The notes under the pieces: generated by a model | Seen by the model: the letters and a program-made list of their open reading frames with translations, nothing else | Database searches by the model: none | Told to the model about the DNA's origin: nothing | Translations under genes and position numbers: made by a program | IMG/VR virus record: IMGVR_UViG_3300008262_000149 | Coordinates: 6,309-70,308 of that record | Reading direction: 5' to 3' (one strand) | Source: a virus | Length of the DNA: 64,000 nt | Shown: piece after piece, positions 27,143 through 36,750 of the stretch | Numbering within the stretch: position 1 is the first letter of the stretch | How the letters are laid out: every line of letters starts with the position of its first letter

Positions 27143-27688
27143 ATGAATATTTACTATATATATGCCTATTTAAGATCTTCAAATAATACTCCCTATTATA
27201 TAGGGAAAGGTAAAGATGATAGAGCTTATGCAAAACATAAAGGCATCTCTACTCCAAAAGATCGTTCTAAAATTGTTATATTAGAATCTAATTTAACTGA
27301 AGTTGGAGCATTTGCTTTAGAGCGCCGTTATATCAAATGGTATGGTCGTAAAGATCTAAAAACAGGAATATTATTAAACAAAACAGATGGTGGAGAAGGA
27401 TCTTCTGGTTTAATTCATTCAAAGGAAACCAAAGCAAAAATATCACAATTAAAAACCGGTTCTAAAACTAAACCCCGCAGTGAAGAATTTAAAAAATTAT
27501 TAAGTGAAAAATATAAAGGCAAACCTCTTTCAGAAGAAACAAGAAGAAAGATGAGCGAAGCCGCTAAGAGACGTAAAACTCAACCAAGATCTGGTTGTAA
27601 ACATTCAGAAGAAACTAAAGCAAAAATAGCTATAGCTAAAATGGGAAATCAATGCGCTAGAAAATATCCTAAAGCTGAAAGCCTTTGA
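27143..27688 (+). CDS. GIY-YIG homing endonuclease with NUMOD3-like repeats
   Basis: IYYIYAY...PYYIGKGK plus repeated [11 protein letters not shown] / SEETKAKIA; GGGAG ribosome-binding site; lone plus-strand gene convergent with nrdB. Confidence 0.8.
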   Translation: MNIYYIYAYLRSSNNTPYYIGKGKDDRAYAKHKGISTPKDRSKIVILESNLTEVGAFALERRYIKWYGRKDLKTGILLNKTDGGEGSSGLIHSKETKAKISQLKTGSKTKPRSEEFKKLLSEKYKGKPLSEETRRKMSEAAKRRKTQPRSGCKHSEETKAKIAIAKMGNQCARKYPKAESL

Positions 27689-28760
27689 AGGTGTTTTCGT
27701 CTACGTCTTTCTTGACTCCGCCAATTACATAACTAGTAATCTCTGTTTCCTGTGGAGCAACCTGAACCTCTGCACCGGAGATCCACTTCTGCGTCCATGG
27801 CAGTGGATTTGCACCCGGCTTACCGCTTAGTCCAATTGCACCCATGCGCTTCGCGGCGATATGATCTACATAGTCACAAAGTAGCTGTTCGTTCAGTCCG
27901 ATCATAGATCCATTCTTAAAAAGATAATGTGCCCACTTCTTTTCTTGTTCGACAACTTTGTAAAACATGTCAATGCACTCATGTTGTGTCTCTTGCCGAA
28001 TTTGTTCAAAGTCCGGATCCTCCTTTGGGAGAATTTTGAGCAGTTGCTGAGTTGAGGCAAGATGAACATTCTCATCCCGTGCAATGAGCTTGATGATTTT
28101 CGCATTGCCCTCCATTTTCTTAACCTCCGCAAAAGCCCAGCTACATGCAAACGAGACATAGAATCTTACCCCTTCAAGAGCATTGACAGCGTTGAGGCAC
28201 ATCCATAGTGCCTTCTTGTGATCATAGTAGTCGAATACGGTCTTGCCAGTGTCAGCTGATACAGGCTTCGTGTTTAGCTTGATAAGGTCATCGTAATACT
28301 TAGAAATGTCCTTAGCGCAGTCTACGATCTCAGGGATCTCCAGCATTTCATCAAAGACTCTGGAAGGATCAGAATAGACGTTACGAATGATATGAGTATA
28401 GGAACGGGAATGAATGGTTTCAAAAAACGTCCAAGTCTGGATCCAGGTTTCCAGCTCAGGAAGCGAACATATAGGTAGAAAAGCTGCAGATGGAGCACGG
28501 CCCTGGACAGAGTCAAGGAGGATCTGGCGTTTGAGATTAGACGTGAATATGTGCTTCTCATGCTCGTTCAATCCTTTGAAGTCCTTGCCGTCTCGCGAAA
28601 GGTCAACCTCTTCCGGTCTCCAGAAGAAACCCAGTTGCTTCTCGGTCAGCTTTTCAAACGTACTGTAGCGTTGCTTATCATAACGAGCAATATTCACCGG
28701 CTTCCCGAAGAAGCAGGTCTGTTCAGTAGCATCAAACTTTTCGTTTGAAAAAACGGTCAT
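27669..28760 (-). CDS. nrdB: ribonucleotide reductase class Ia beta subunit
   Basis: Typical R2 motifs ([13 protein letters not shown], iron-ligand spacing). Confidence 0.9.
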   Translation of the reverse strand: MTVFSNEKFDATEQTCFFGKPVNIARYDKQRYSTFEKLTEKQLGFFWRPEEVDLSRDGKDFKGLNEHEKHIFTSNLKRQILLDSVQGRAPSAAFLPICSLPELETWIQTWTFFETIHSRSYTHIIRNVYSDPSRVFDEMLEIPEIVDCAKDISKYYDDLIKLNTKPVSADTGKTVFDYYDHKKALWMCLNAVNALEGVRFYVSFACSWAFAEVKKMEGNAKIIKLIARDENVHLASTQQLLKILPKEDPDFEQIRQETQHECIDMFYKVVEQEKKWAHYLFKNGSMIGLNEQLLCDYVDHIAAKRMGAIGLSGKPGANPLPWTQKWISGAEVQVAPQETEITSYVIGGVKKDVDENTFKGFQL

Positions 28761-29302
28761 TCAACTCTCCAAATACTTGTATTCAGTTTCAGGTCTTTCG
28801 GCCAATCGCCTTCTGTGTATGATTTATCATGGAATCGAAGTTCATTCGTCGGCATGATAGTCAACCTACCATTGTCCAGCTGAATGAACATGAATTCTTT
28901 CGATTGAGATGGGTCTTGAGTGAATCCATCATACATTGGAATCACTGTAAAGAGATAACGGCCAAAGAGGCCGTTGCTTCGAATCTCTGCTCTTTGGCTG
29001 TGCAGATAATTATATATCACGACAGAGAACTGATCGCCGTAACAATCCCAGATCTGTGTGTCGTGAAGTCGCCATTGTTGTTCTGGTACTTGATTGAACG
29101 CAAGTGCATGAGGTGGAACGCCACGATAGACGGCTCCACACTCTAGCATAATATGACATCCCCACGAATGTCCAGCCTTGGCATGAAGAGCAAACCAGAT
29201 GCAGGGCTCGTATGTAAATGGCTTAGCATTCTTACGAATGAAAGACGAATCCACCCAACAGTAGATATGGTGAGGAAGATTTCCCGAGCCGGTGTATAGC
29301 AT
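28757..29302 (-). CDS. hypothetical protein
   Basis: 181 aa between nrdB and nrdA. Confidence 0.4.
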   Translation of the reverse strand: MLYTGSGNLPHHIYCWVDSSFIRKNAKPFTYEPCIWFALHAKAGHSWGCHIMLECGAVYRGVPPHALAFNQVPEQQWRLHDTQIWDCYGDQFSVVIYNYLHSQRAEIRSNGLFGRYLFTVIPMYDGFTQDPSQSKEFMFIQLDNGRLTIMPTNELRFHDKSYTEGDWPKDLKLNTSIWRVE

Positions 29303-29303
29303 C

Positions 29304-29486
29304 CTAGTCCTTTTCTTCTAACCACTCGATTTGGTTTTGTGCAACAGTTCGTGTTTCGATAACACCGGTCTCGGTGTCCTCAATTGTGAGGGTAACGGCA
29401 GTGCTGTTTTCACGTGTTGCATGCTCATGCACGAACCAGGTCTTACCGGAATCTTCCCACTTATCATTATCAATTCGAATGTACAT
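29304..29486 (-). CDS. hypothetical protein
   Basis: 60 aa. Confidence 0.3.
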   Translation of the reverse strand: MYIRIDNDKWEDSGKTWFVHEHATRENSTAVTLTIEDTETGVIETRTVAQNQIEWLEEKD

Positions 29487-29487
29487 A

Positions 29488-29628
29488 ATTATCTACCTTG
29501 TCCACGATATGGTTTAAACGATCTTTTCTTATGCTTATTCATTGTTGAGAACTTTGGTCGTCTTGTATCGATTGATGTACCAGTTACAATTTTAACGTGT
29601 GCTTGCTTTGACGTAACAGACTTTGCCA
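29488..29628 (-). CDS. small basic peptide
   Basis: 46 aa MAKSVTSKQAHVKIV...KKRSFKPYRGQGR; AGGAG ribosome-binding site. Confidence 0.3.
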
Positions 29629-29641
29629 TTGAATACTCCTG

Positions 29642-31915
29642 TTAGATTTTACAAGAGTCACAATCCTCATCATCTAGTTGCCCTTGTGCTAGTGGTTTTG
29701 GTTCTTCAATCTCACCAGCACCGTCAAAGGTGTTGAAATAGTACAGAGTCTTTCCGCCGTACTTATAATGCATAAGAAGGTGTTTGATCATCTCAGACAT
29801 CGGAATCTTCTCGTCCTCATAGTGGCGAGGATTGTAAGAAGTATTGACCGAGATTGCCTGGTCGATGAACTTCTGCAGGACCGCAGTGATCTGCAGGTAA
29901 CCTTCAGGCGACTTTTGATCCCATAGTAGTTCGTATTTATTCTTCAGCTTTCTGAGCTCAGGAACAACCTGCTTCAGAACACCATCCTTCGACTGCTTGA
30001 TCGAGATCAGAGCACGAGGCGGTTCGATACCGTTGGTCGAGTTTGAGATCTGTGCAGAGGTCTCAGCCGGCATCAAAGCCATCAGTGTCGAGTTACGAAT
30101 GCCATGAGTATAAGCTCTGGAAGAGAGCTCATCCCAATTCATCTTGTATACCGGCTTGACCAGCTCATCGACATCCTTCTTGTAGGTATCGATCGGCATC
30201 AATCCGGCATTGTACTTTGTTTCGATGCTCTTCGGACATGCGCCTGCTTCTTCGGCAAGATCTACCGAGGCCTTAATAAGATAATAACTCCATGCTTCAG
30301 CGTACTCATGAACGAGATCCAGATTAGGAGCGGAATAAGTGGAGTCATTACGAGCAAGCCAATAAGCAAAATTGATGATACCAATACCGAGAGGGCGGCG
30401 ATTGTAAGTACCCACTTCAGCGGCTCTAACAGGATAAGACTGATAGTCGAGTAGAGCATCAAGAGCGCGGACTGCCAGAGTGCAAGGTCGCTCGAAATCT
30501 CCTGGCTTTCTAATTTTGCCCCAGTTGATTGCTGCCAGTGTGCAAAGGCTGATTTCACCTTGTTCATCGTGAATATCCTTTAATGGAGTGGTTGGAAGAG
30601 TAATCTCACAACAGAGGTTACTCATCTTGATAGGTGCTGCTGTGACATCAAACGAACCATGATCGTTAGCATGGTCGACGTTCATCAGATAGATTCGTCC
30701 GGTGTCCTTTCGTTCCTGCATGAAGGCTGAGAAGAGATCAATCGCAGGGACGGTCTTTTTTCTGATCTTGGTTGAGCGTTCGTACTTTTCATAGAGTTCT
30801 CTAAACGTGTCAACGCTCGTGTAAAACGCTTCATAGAGATCCGGTACATCACCAGGTGAGAAGAGGGTGATATTACCTCCAGATAGAAGTCTCTCATACA
30901 TTACCTTATTAAACTGGACACCATAGTCCAAATGACGAATACGGTTGTCCTCGGTGCCCTTGTTATTCTTTAGGACAAGAAGATCCTCCACTTCGAGATG
31001 CCAAAGGGGGTAATAGAGTGTCGCTGCTCCACCACGGACACCACCTTGGCTACAAGACTTAACAGCAGATTGAAAATGCTTCCAGAAAGGAATAACGCCA
31101 GTGTGACTAGCATCACCATTGCGTATAGGAGATCCAATAGCCCTAATACGGCCGCCGCCGATACCAATTCCAGCTTTCTGGCTAACGTACTTGACGATCG
31201 CTGAGGATGTTGCATTTATCGAGTCCAGCGAGTCATCTGTTTCGATAAGTACGCAAGAACTGAACTGACGCTGTGGGGTGCGAACGCCTGCCATGATAGG
31301 AGTAGGAAGGCTAATGTCAAAAGTACTAATTGCATCGTACAGGTCCTTTACCCATTTGATTCGATCTTTGGTATAGTTTTGGAAAAGAGTCATGGCAATC
31401 AACATGAATGCCATCTGAGGCGTTTCGTAGATATCTCCCGTAACGCGGTTCTTGACTAGATACTTGCCGCGGAACTGTTCCATAGCAGCATATGTCAGAA
31501 GATTGTCGCGGTCGTGATCGATATAGTTTCCCAGCAACTTCCACTCATCTTGAGAGTACTGCTTACCCAGCGACGCATCATAGTATCCTAGCAGTTTGAT
31601 ACGAATGTAGTGGTTCATCAGATGCGATGGTTCATACTGGCCATACACTTCCTTACGAAGGTTATAGTTGATCAGACGACCGGCAACATACTGATAGTTC
31701 GGTGCTTCTTCTGTAATGAGTTCAGCAGCAGCCTTAATCAGAGTCTCCTGAATGTCAGTCGACTTGATCTTGTCATAGAACTGAATGTGAGTCTTGATTT
31801 CGAGATCAGATACAGAAACGCCGGATAAACCTTCACAGGCATACATTGCAACTTTGTGGAACTTATTAATATCGAGTGGTTCGCGCGTTCCATCACGCTT
31901 CGTTACTGTGATCAT
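29642..31915 (-). CDS. nrdA: ribonucleotide reductase class Ia alpha subunit
   Basis: ATP-cone N-terminus, NLCCEITLPT active site, C-terminal CDSCKI. Confidence 0.92.
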   Translation of the reverse strand: MITVTKRDGTREPLDINKFHKVAMYACEGLSGVSVSDLEIKTHIQFYDKIKSTDIQETLIKAAAELITEEAPNYQYVAGRLINYNLRKEVYGQYEPSHLMNHYIRIKLLGYYDASLGKQYSQDEWKLLGNYIDHDRDNLLTYAAMEQFRGKYLVKNRVTGDIYETPQMAFMLIAMTLFQNYTKDRIKWVKDLYDAISTFDISLPTPIMAGVRTPQRQFSSCVLIETDDSLDSINATSSAIVKYVSQKAGIGIGGGRIRAIGSPIRNGDASHTGVIPFWKHFQSAVKSCSQGGVRGGAATLYYPLWHLEVEDLLVLKNNKGTEDNRIRHLDYGVQFNKVMYERLLSGGNITLFSPGDVPDLYEAFYTSVDTFRELYEKYERSTKIRKKTVPAIDLFSAFMQERKDTGRIYLMNVDHANDHGSFDVTAAPIKMSNLCCEITLPTTPLKDIHDEQGEISLCTLAAINWGKIRKPGDFERPCTLAVRALDALLDYQSYPVRAAEVGTYNRRPLGIGIINFAYWLARNDSTYSAPNLDLVHEYAEAWSYYLIKASVDLAEEAGACPKSIETKYNAGLMPIDTYKKDVDELVKPVYKMNWDELSSRAYTHGIRNSTLMALMPAETSAQISNSTNGIEPPRALISIKQSKDGVLKQVVPELRKLKNKYELLWDQKSPEGYLQITAVLQKFIDQAISVNTSYNPRHYEDEKIPMSEMIKHLLMHYKYGGKTLYYFNTFDGAGEIEEPKPLAQGQLDDEDCDSCKI

Positions 31916-32066
31916 CTGATTTCCCTAGTGCTACGGTTCCGTCATCATAGACACGCCATTCAAGAACGGTGTTCTCGTCCCATCCCATGGCTTCCATCAT
32001 TTCCTGTGGTAAGTCTATATATAACTCGCCATCAGCCGTTTCTTTGACAATTGAACTATAATTCAT
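31893..32066 (-). CDS. AbrB/MazE-like small DNA-binding protein (putative)
   Basis: 57 aa; DGELYIDLPQEMMEAMGWDENTVLEWRV resembles a looped-hinge-helix fold. Confidence 0.3.
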   Translation of the reverse strand: MNYSSIVKETADGELYIDLPQEMMEAMGWDENTVLEWRVYDDGTVALGKSDDHSNEA

Positions 32067-32767
32067 GGAAGTTTCTTTTCGAACACTGCCTGTTCAGCAA
32101 GATCATCAAGTGCCTTCTTTACGTCTGGGAAGTGATGGCAGATGATCTCCCAGCACTGTTCGGCAACGATACGATGTTCCTTCTGAGTAGCCTTGTCCAT
32201 ACGAAGCTGGCAGTAGTGTACCCACGAACGAAGAGAGCCAGACATGATCATGACAGATTCGGTACAACCTTCCGGAAGTACTGCGCGAGCCTGTTCCTTT
32301 GCAATACCACGTTCAGTTGCCCATGCATACGCCATCTTGGCAGCATTGACAACCGACTGCTGCATTACCTGCCATTCCTCGGCCAGTCGGTTTTCGTCGG
32401 GGCCCAGTTCCACCGAGTTCTGCCGGTTCTTAGCATCTTGAAGTCTTGCTTCTCGTCTAACAAAGCCAAGATCCTTCGTTGGGTCGGCGTAACGTTGAGA
32501 GTATTCTTGGAATGCGAAAGAACGATGTCTAAGAATTTGACGAGCGATATCTCGGGTTGTTTTGATTTCCATTGAGACATGGACCATCTCCAAAGGTGAC
32601 CAATGCTGGTTCTTGATGAGATACTGCACTAGTTTCGGTGCAGTCTTGGTGTTATTCTGGTTCGAGGGATTTGATACTCTAGCTGCCCAAGCAACGAGTT
32701 CGTTAGCAGTTGCGCAATCGGTATATGCGGATGGCTTTGTGATGCCAATTAGATTCACTTCACTCAT
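32063..32767 (-). CDS. thyX: FAD-dependent thymidylate synthase ThyX
   Basis: RHRSFAFQEYSQRY ThyX signature. Confidence 0.85.
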   Translation of the reverse strand: MSEVNLIGITKPSAYTDCATANELVAWAARVSNPSNQNNTKTAPKLVQYLIKNQHWSPLEMVHVSMEIKTTRDIARQILRHRSFAFQEYSQRYADPTKDLGFVRREARLQDAKNRQNSVELGPDENRLAEEWQVMQQSVVNAAKMAYAWATERGIAKEQARAVLPEGCTESVMIMSGSLRSWVHYCQLRMDKATQKEHRIVAEQCWEIICHHFPDVKKALDDLAEQAVFEKKLP

Positions 32768-32943
32768 TGTTCGAACAATGCCTTCATTTTAACGCGTGTG
32801 GCTTGTGTAGCCTTCAACAAGATCGCTGCGTCATATACCTTATCGATATCTCTGTCAGCTACACCCTGGATGATATCTTGCCAGTAAATCCCAGCAACGG
32901 CATCTACAGCTTCATCTACTGTTATGTCTAAATCATCACTCAT
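32764..32943 (-). CDS. hypothetical protein
   Basis: 59 aa. Confidence 0.25.
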   Translation of the reverse strand: MSDDLDITVDEAVDAVAGIYWQDIIQGVADRDIDKVYDAAILLKATQATRVKMKALFEQ

Positions 32944-33128
32944 GAGATCCAGTACTCCTTGCCCATGCCCATCAATTCACGATGCTTGATCAACTCTCTC
33001 ATGATTTCATCATAACTGTATGACATTGTCACGGACGTCCAAACGCTATCGTTGTTAACGTCTTTATAGAATCTCAGTTCAAACTGACCGTAGTAGTTCA
33101 CTACGATTGCATATCCGCGCGAATCCAT
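32940..33128 (-). CDS. hypothetical protein
   Basis: 62 aa. Confidence 0.3.
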   Translation of the reverse strand: MDSRGYAIVVNYYGQFELRFYKDVNNDSVWTSVTMSYSYDEIMRELIKHRELMGMGKEYWIS

Positions 33129-33322
33129 TAGATGTGCTCCAGTGCTTCTAGTTTATCCTTGTACTCGGCGATACGGCCGAGCTCGAGTTCAATTGCGCCC
33201 ATAAAGTCGGTATGTTCGTGAATAGCTATAGGGTTATTCATCATGACACGAATGTTCATTGCATGCATCTCAATACCAGCTTGTAACTTCTTGCGAAGGG
33301 CAATTTTAATATCATCTTTCAT
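33128..33322 (-). CDS. hypothetical protein
   Basis: 64 aa. Confidence 0.3.
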   Translation of the reverse strand: MKDDIKIALRKKLQAGIEMHAMNIRVMMNNPIAIHEHTDFMGAIELELGRIAEYKDKLEALEHI

Positions 33323-33466
33323 TATTTGAATCCTTATTACAAATTTCGTCGCTTACTGTTGTCTTAAATATATTCGGAATCAACCCGTGTATTAATAGTA
33401 TAACGCCCCATCTCCACGACCTAAAGAGATGTTGAAAGTAACCGATGTTGTTATCTTTCAGATGAG

Positions 33467-33613
33467 ACATTAACTGTTACTCATGTCTTCATATCGCCAA
33501 AGCATTTCTTGGATATATTCAATCTCTGCATCATAATTGTCATATGTCCAATCAGGCAGTTTCTCTTTTAACATCTCAAGAAACTTCATAGCATCTTCAT
33601 ATGTTGTGGTCAT
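33467..33613 (-). CDS. small hypothetical protein
   Basis: 48 aa; start overlaps the upstream stop (ATGA). Confidence 0.2.
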
Positions 33614-33747
33614 GAGCGCTTCTTTCTACTGGTGCGAGCCTTGGACAAAATACGAGCAAGACTCGCTTCTCGACGATCAAGTTCTTCCTGCTGACGATCA
33701 GCAAGAGCATTGCGTGCAGCAATCTCCATGTTCTCTGGCAAGCGCAT
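33610..33747 (-). CDS. small hypothetical protein
   Basis: 45 aa; AGGAG ribosome-binding site. Confidence 0.25.
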   Translation of the reverse strand: MRLPENMEIAARNALADRQQEELDRREASLARILSKARTSRKKRS

Positions 33748-33788
33748 CACTCTGCTCCTACGGTAGCTAGGGTCATTAGATTGTCCTT

Positions 33789-33884
33789 TCAGTCACGATC
33801 CAAGAGCCAGCGCTCAAGGTCGGCATCGTCGATGTCGTCGAGTTCATCCCGCGCGCGGTCTTCGAGCCAGTCGTCTTCATCCAT
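33789..33884 (-). CDS. small acidic peptide in GC-rich island
   Basis: 31 aa MDEDDWLEDRARDELDDIDDADLERWLLDRD; AAGGA ribosome-binding site. Confidence 0.25.
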   Translation of the reverse strand: MDEDDWLEDRARDELDDIDDADLERWLLDRD

Positions 33885-33959
33885 CACTCTGTCCTTTCTG
33901 CGCAAGGATCGCAGCCGCCGCAGCAGCGGCACCGCGCGCGGCGGATGATGTTAACCACA

Positions 33960-34268
33960 TCACTTCGCCTCCAGTGCTGCGAGGGCTTGAAGGCATTCGT
34001 TCGATAAGTTGTTTGCGGTTTCCCAATGTCGCGACGGTAACAGGCCCATCTCAACCACGTTCTCCCAGGCCTGCTGCGATCTACGCAAAGCCTCCTTCGC
34101 CGTCCTGATGCTTTCGACACTGGGCCGGGTGTTCCATACGGCGATTGCTTCGGCTTCGGTGTCCGCGCTTGGCCAAGAGCATTGGCTGCAAGATACCCGC
34201 CAGCCAGTAGGAACGCGGTGAGCAATTCCTCCCCCATTACAAAACGGACACGGCTTCAATTCAGTCAT
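33960..34268 (-). CDS. Lar-family restriction alleviation protein (zinc ribbon)
   Basis: MTELKPCPFCNGGG...VSCSQC matches the N-terminus of Lar_restr_allev proteins; local GC content is much higher than the surroundings. Confidence 0.55.
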   Translation of the reverse strand: MTELKPCPFCNGGGIAHRVPTGWRVSCSQCSWPSADTEAEAIAVWNTRPSVESIRTAKEALRRSQQAWENVVEMGLLPSRHWETANNLSNECLQALAALEAK

Positions 34269-34297
34269 GGCGCTTCAGTTTCCTTCATCATATATTC

Positions 34298-34326
34298 TTT
34301 ATATCAAAAAGAGGAAAAAATGTACA
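34298..34326 (-). promoter_or_regulatory. early promoter TGTACA-N17-TATAAA
   Basis: repeated promoter family; drives the Lar-like gene. Confidence 0.45.
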
Positions 34327-34330
34327 TACA

Positions 34331-34696
34331 TTAAACGAAATCCTCTAAAGTAGCAGAGGTCATGCCAATATGGTAAGGCTTCTTTCTACGAACCATGTTC
34401 TCGATCATATTACGTGTACCGCGAGACTCGCCGTCCCAAATAATAATAGCAGCGTCGGCATACTCTGCCATGGCCCGATTTCGCTGCGGACCGGCTGAGT
34501 TTCCGTGGCGCATCCAGTCGGCCGGCATTTCCTTAACAGGAACATCATTTGCCCGGGCCCACTGTTCACCAAGACGATCTACTCCGATTGCTGTACCACT
34601 TACAACCTCTGTGATATCGTAACCAGAGCTTTTAATAGTTCTTACAACGAGAGCGTAGTCGTCGATAGTACGTGAACCTGCAATGATAACCTTCAC
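34331..34696 (-). CDS. DUF2493 (YspA-type SLOG family) protein
   Basis: MKVIIAGSR...EVVSGTAIGVDRLGEQWARANDVPVKEMPADW...AGPQRNRAM matches the DUF2493 consensus. Confidence 0.55.
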   Translation of the reverse strand: MKVIIAGSRTIDDYALVVRTIKSSGYDITEVVSGTAIGVDRLGEQWARANDVPVKEMPADWMRHGNSAGPQRNRAMAEYADAAIIIWDGESRGTRNMIENMVRRKKPYHIGMTSATLEDFV

Positions 34697-34962
34697 TGTT
34701 CTACCTCAAAAGTCTTTACCTTCTGGAAACGTGCAATCTTTACATAACCATCAGCCTTAATATCGTTTACTCGCGCAAGGGCATCGTAATACTCAACATA
34801 CTGACCGTCATTATACCACCAGAAGTGATCCCAGAATGCCCATGGTCGCGGAACCCGTTGATATTCAACAAGCCACTGATTATTCACACGGAAAATTCGA
34901 AGCTTTCGAATAGCAATAAATTCGTATTCAACACCGTATTCGTTATCTACTAACTCAGTCAT
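34693..34962 (-). CDS. hypothetical protein
   Basis: 89 aa. Confidence 0.3.
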   Translation of the reverse strand: MTELVDNEYGVEYEFIAIRKLRIFRVNNQWLVEYQRVPRPWAFWDHFWWYNDGQYVEYYDALARVNDIKADGYVKIARFQKVKTFEVEQ

Positions 34963-35242
34963 ATCCGTTTCCTAAATAGTCAAACATTTTTGGATCATAA
35001 TACAGCTTTGCCGTGCCGCAGGATTCGATGTCATCGATATCGCGTGATGCCACTCTTACGTATTTCGAAAAGTAATCAATGCCACGAAGCTCGATAATAA
35101 GAGTCGTGGCAGCTGCCACCATGTTAGCGTTGTATACCACCCAGGTCACATCTTCTTCTGGCAGCCGCAAGATCGCATCAACGGTCTTTCCGCCATAATG
35201 CGAAATGTAGCTTTGCAGTTGGTCCTGTGTAAGTGCATTCAT
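34955..35242 (-). CDS. hypothetical protein
   Basis: 95 aa. Confidence 0.3.
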   Translation of the reverse strand: MNALTQDQLQSYISHYGGKTVDAILRLPEEDVTWVVYNANMVAAATTLIIELRGIDYFSKYVRVASRDIDDIESCGTAKLYYDPKMFDYLGNGYD

Positions 35243-36203
35243 CGATAATTTCCTTCACCTGTTCCTGTGTATATCCAGCAAGGACCATATCATTGATGTC
35301 CTTCTGTTCAATGGATGTTGGCCAGATACACACACGATATCCAGCATCAATAGCCTTTTCGATTCGTTTGACTATGTCTTTATTTCTGGGTTCGTTATCG
35401 TATACTACAATAAATCGCTCTTTTTGTACATCTAAAAATTGTAGTGGTGTGATAAGATCACCACCTGCCGATGCAATCCCATTTGGCAAAAAGAGTGAGT
35501 CAATCGGCCCTTCCACCACATATATATCATGGGACGGATCCATTGTATCGAGGCCAAAGATCTTCGGCTTCTCATCATCAAGAATGATAGTGATGTACCT
35601 GACCCCTGTTTTCTTGAACGAACGGCCTTGAAACCCAAAGAGCTTCTTGTTCTCATCAAGAAACGGAATGATCAACCGCGGTTCGTCATTCTTCAGAGAT
35701 TCCTCATCAAACTTATCAGGAAGCATGGTGTTCACCCACTCCTTAAAGTTTCTTACAAGAAATAGTTTGTGATGTGCCTCTGAAGGAATTAACCGGCGAG
35801 ATACGTATTGTTTGACTGGATGATCAGGTTTGAGTTGAGAGACCTTCTTCAAATCCTTCAGGCCGGTTGTCTTCACAAAGACCGGCGGCTTCATCTTCTC
35901 GACGAACTCTTGCGTCTCGTTCCTATGACCCTGCTCGAGCATCCGTTCCTTGAGATACTCAATATACAGAGTCGGGTCAAGAGTCTTAATGAACCATGGA
36001 AGACCCATTGATGCACTACAGTTATGACAAAAGAACTTTAACGCCCCTTTGCGCATATAGATATAACCACGAGTTTTACGAGGATCTTTTTGTGAGTCAC
36101 CACAAATTGGGCAACGGAACTTATAAGTGTTTGCGTTAACTCTTGCGAATCTCTCGAGTCTGGATGAAAGAAGATTAACGTATTTGTGTTCTAACCAAAG
36201 CAT
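35178..36203 (-). CDS. gp61: DNA primase gp61
   Basis: Zinc ribbon CPICGDSQKD...CHNC and TOPRIM YVVEGPIDSLFL. Confidence 0.85.
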   Translation of the reverse strand: MLWLEHKYVNLLSSRLERFARVNANTYKFRCPICGDSQKDPRKTRGYIYMRKGALKFFCHNCSASMGLPWFIKTLDPTLYIEYLKERMLEQGHRNETQEFVEKMKPPVFVKTTGLKDLKKVSQLKPDHPVKQYVSRRLIPSEAHHKLFLVRNFKEWVNTMLPDKFDEESLKNDEPRLIIPFLDENKKLFGFQGRSFKKTGVRYITIILDDEKPKIFGLDTMDPSHDIYVVEGPIDSLFLPNGIASAGGDLITPLQFLDVQKERFIVVYDNEPRNKDIVKRIEKAIDAGYRVCIWPTSIEQKDINDMVLAGYTQEQVKEIIDECTYTGPTAKLHFALWRKDR

Positions 36204-36232
36204 TAGTATACCTACTGTCGACTGATAGTATC

Positions 36233-36261
36233 ATTATACACAGTCTACGAAATAAGTACAC
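36233..36261 (-). promoter_or_regulatory. promoter with perfect -10 TATAAT upstream of gene 61
   Basis: GTGTAC-N17-TATAAT. Confidence 0.45.
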
Positions 36262-36276
36262 AAAAAAATGTAGTAA

Positions 36277-36750
36277 TTAGAAGAATTTATCCCACGGGAT
36301 AATTGCAAGAATACTACCAACGACAGCGGATCCGCCGATCACAATCCATTGCCACTTTTCCATTGTAGTGATTCTTTCGCTTAGAACCGTGTGTTGCTGT
36401 TGTTGATCGGCTCTCATAGCTTTAATTTCTAGCATGAGTTCATCATATTGATCATCAATTTTTTCTTTAATTTCGCGCTCGCCATCAAGAATTCTTTCAT
36501 AGATGCCTTCGATTTTTTCATCTGATTCCACTCTTCGCGCTTCCACTAAATCTGAGAGTTGTTTACTAACAGCTTCCTGAGAAGACAGTTTAGCCTCGTG
36601 TACAACCAGTAAATTAGACACATTGCTTGAAATATCTGTAAGCTTATCAATAGTTTTATCCAAACGGTCGACAAGCGCGCCGACGACGGCCATATTTTTT
36701 TGAAGATATGACACGTCGTCGGATAATTTTTCAATACGCGGAGTATCCAT
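36277..36750 (-). CDS. coiled-coil protein with C-terminal transmembrane anchor (lysis-associated?)
   Basis: 157 aa. Confidence 0.35.
   Translation of the reverse strand: MDTPRIEKLSDDVSYLQKNMAVVGALVDRLDKTIDKLTDISSNVSNLLVVHEAKLSSQEAVSKQLSDLVEARRVESDEKIEGIYERILDGEREIKEKIDDQYDELMLEIKAMRADQQQQHTVLSERITTMEKWQWIVIGGSAVVGSILAIIPWDKFF

Noticed and set aside
27669-31915. Group I intron interrupting nrdA or nrdB, as in T4
   Set aside because: Both ORFs are continuous and full length. The nearby homing endonuclease gene is free-standing.
33884-34237. 117-aa alternate-frame ORF overlapping the Lar-like gene
   Set aside because: Typical spurious long ORF in GC-rich DNA. The Lar frame has the recognisable zinc-ribbon motif and a promoter/ribosome-binding-site context.
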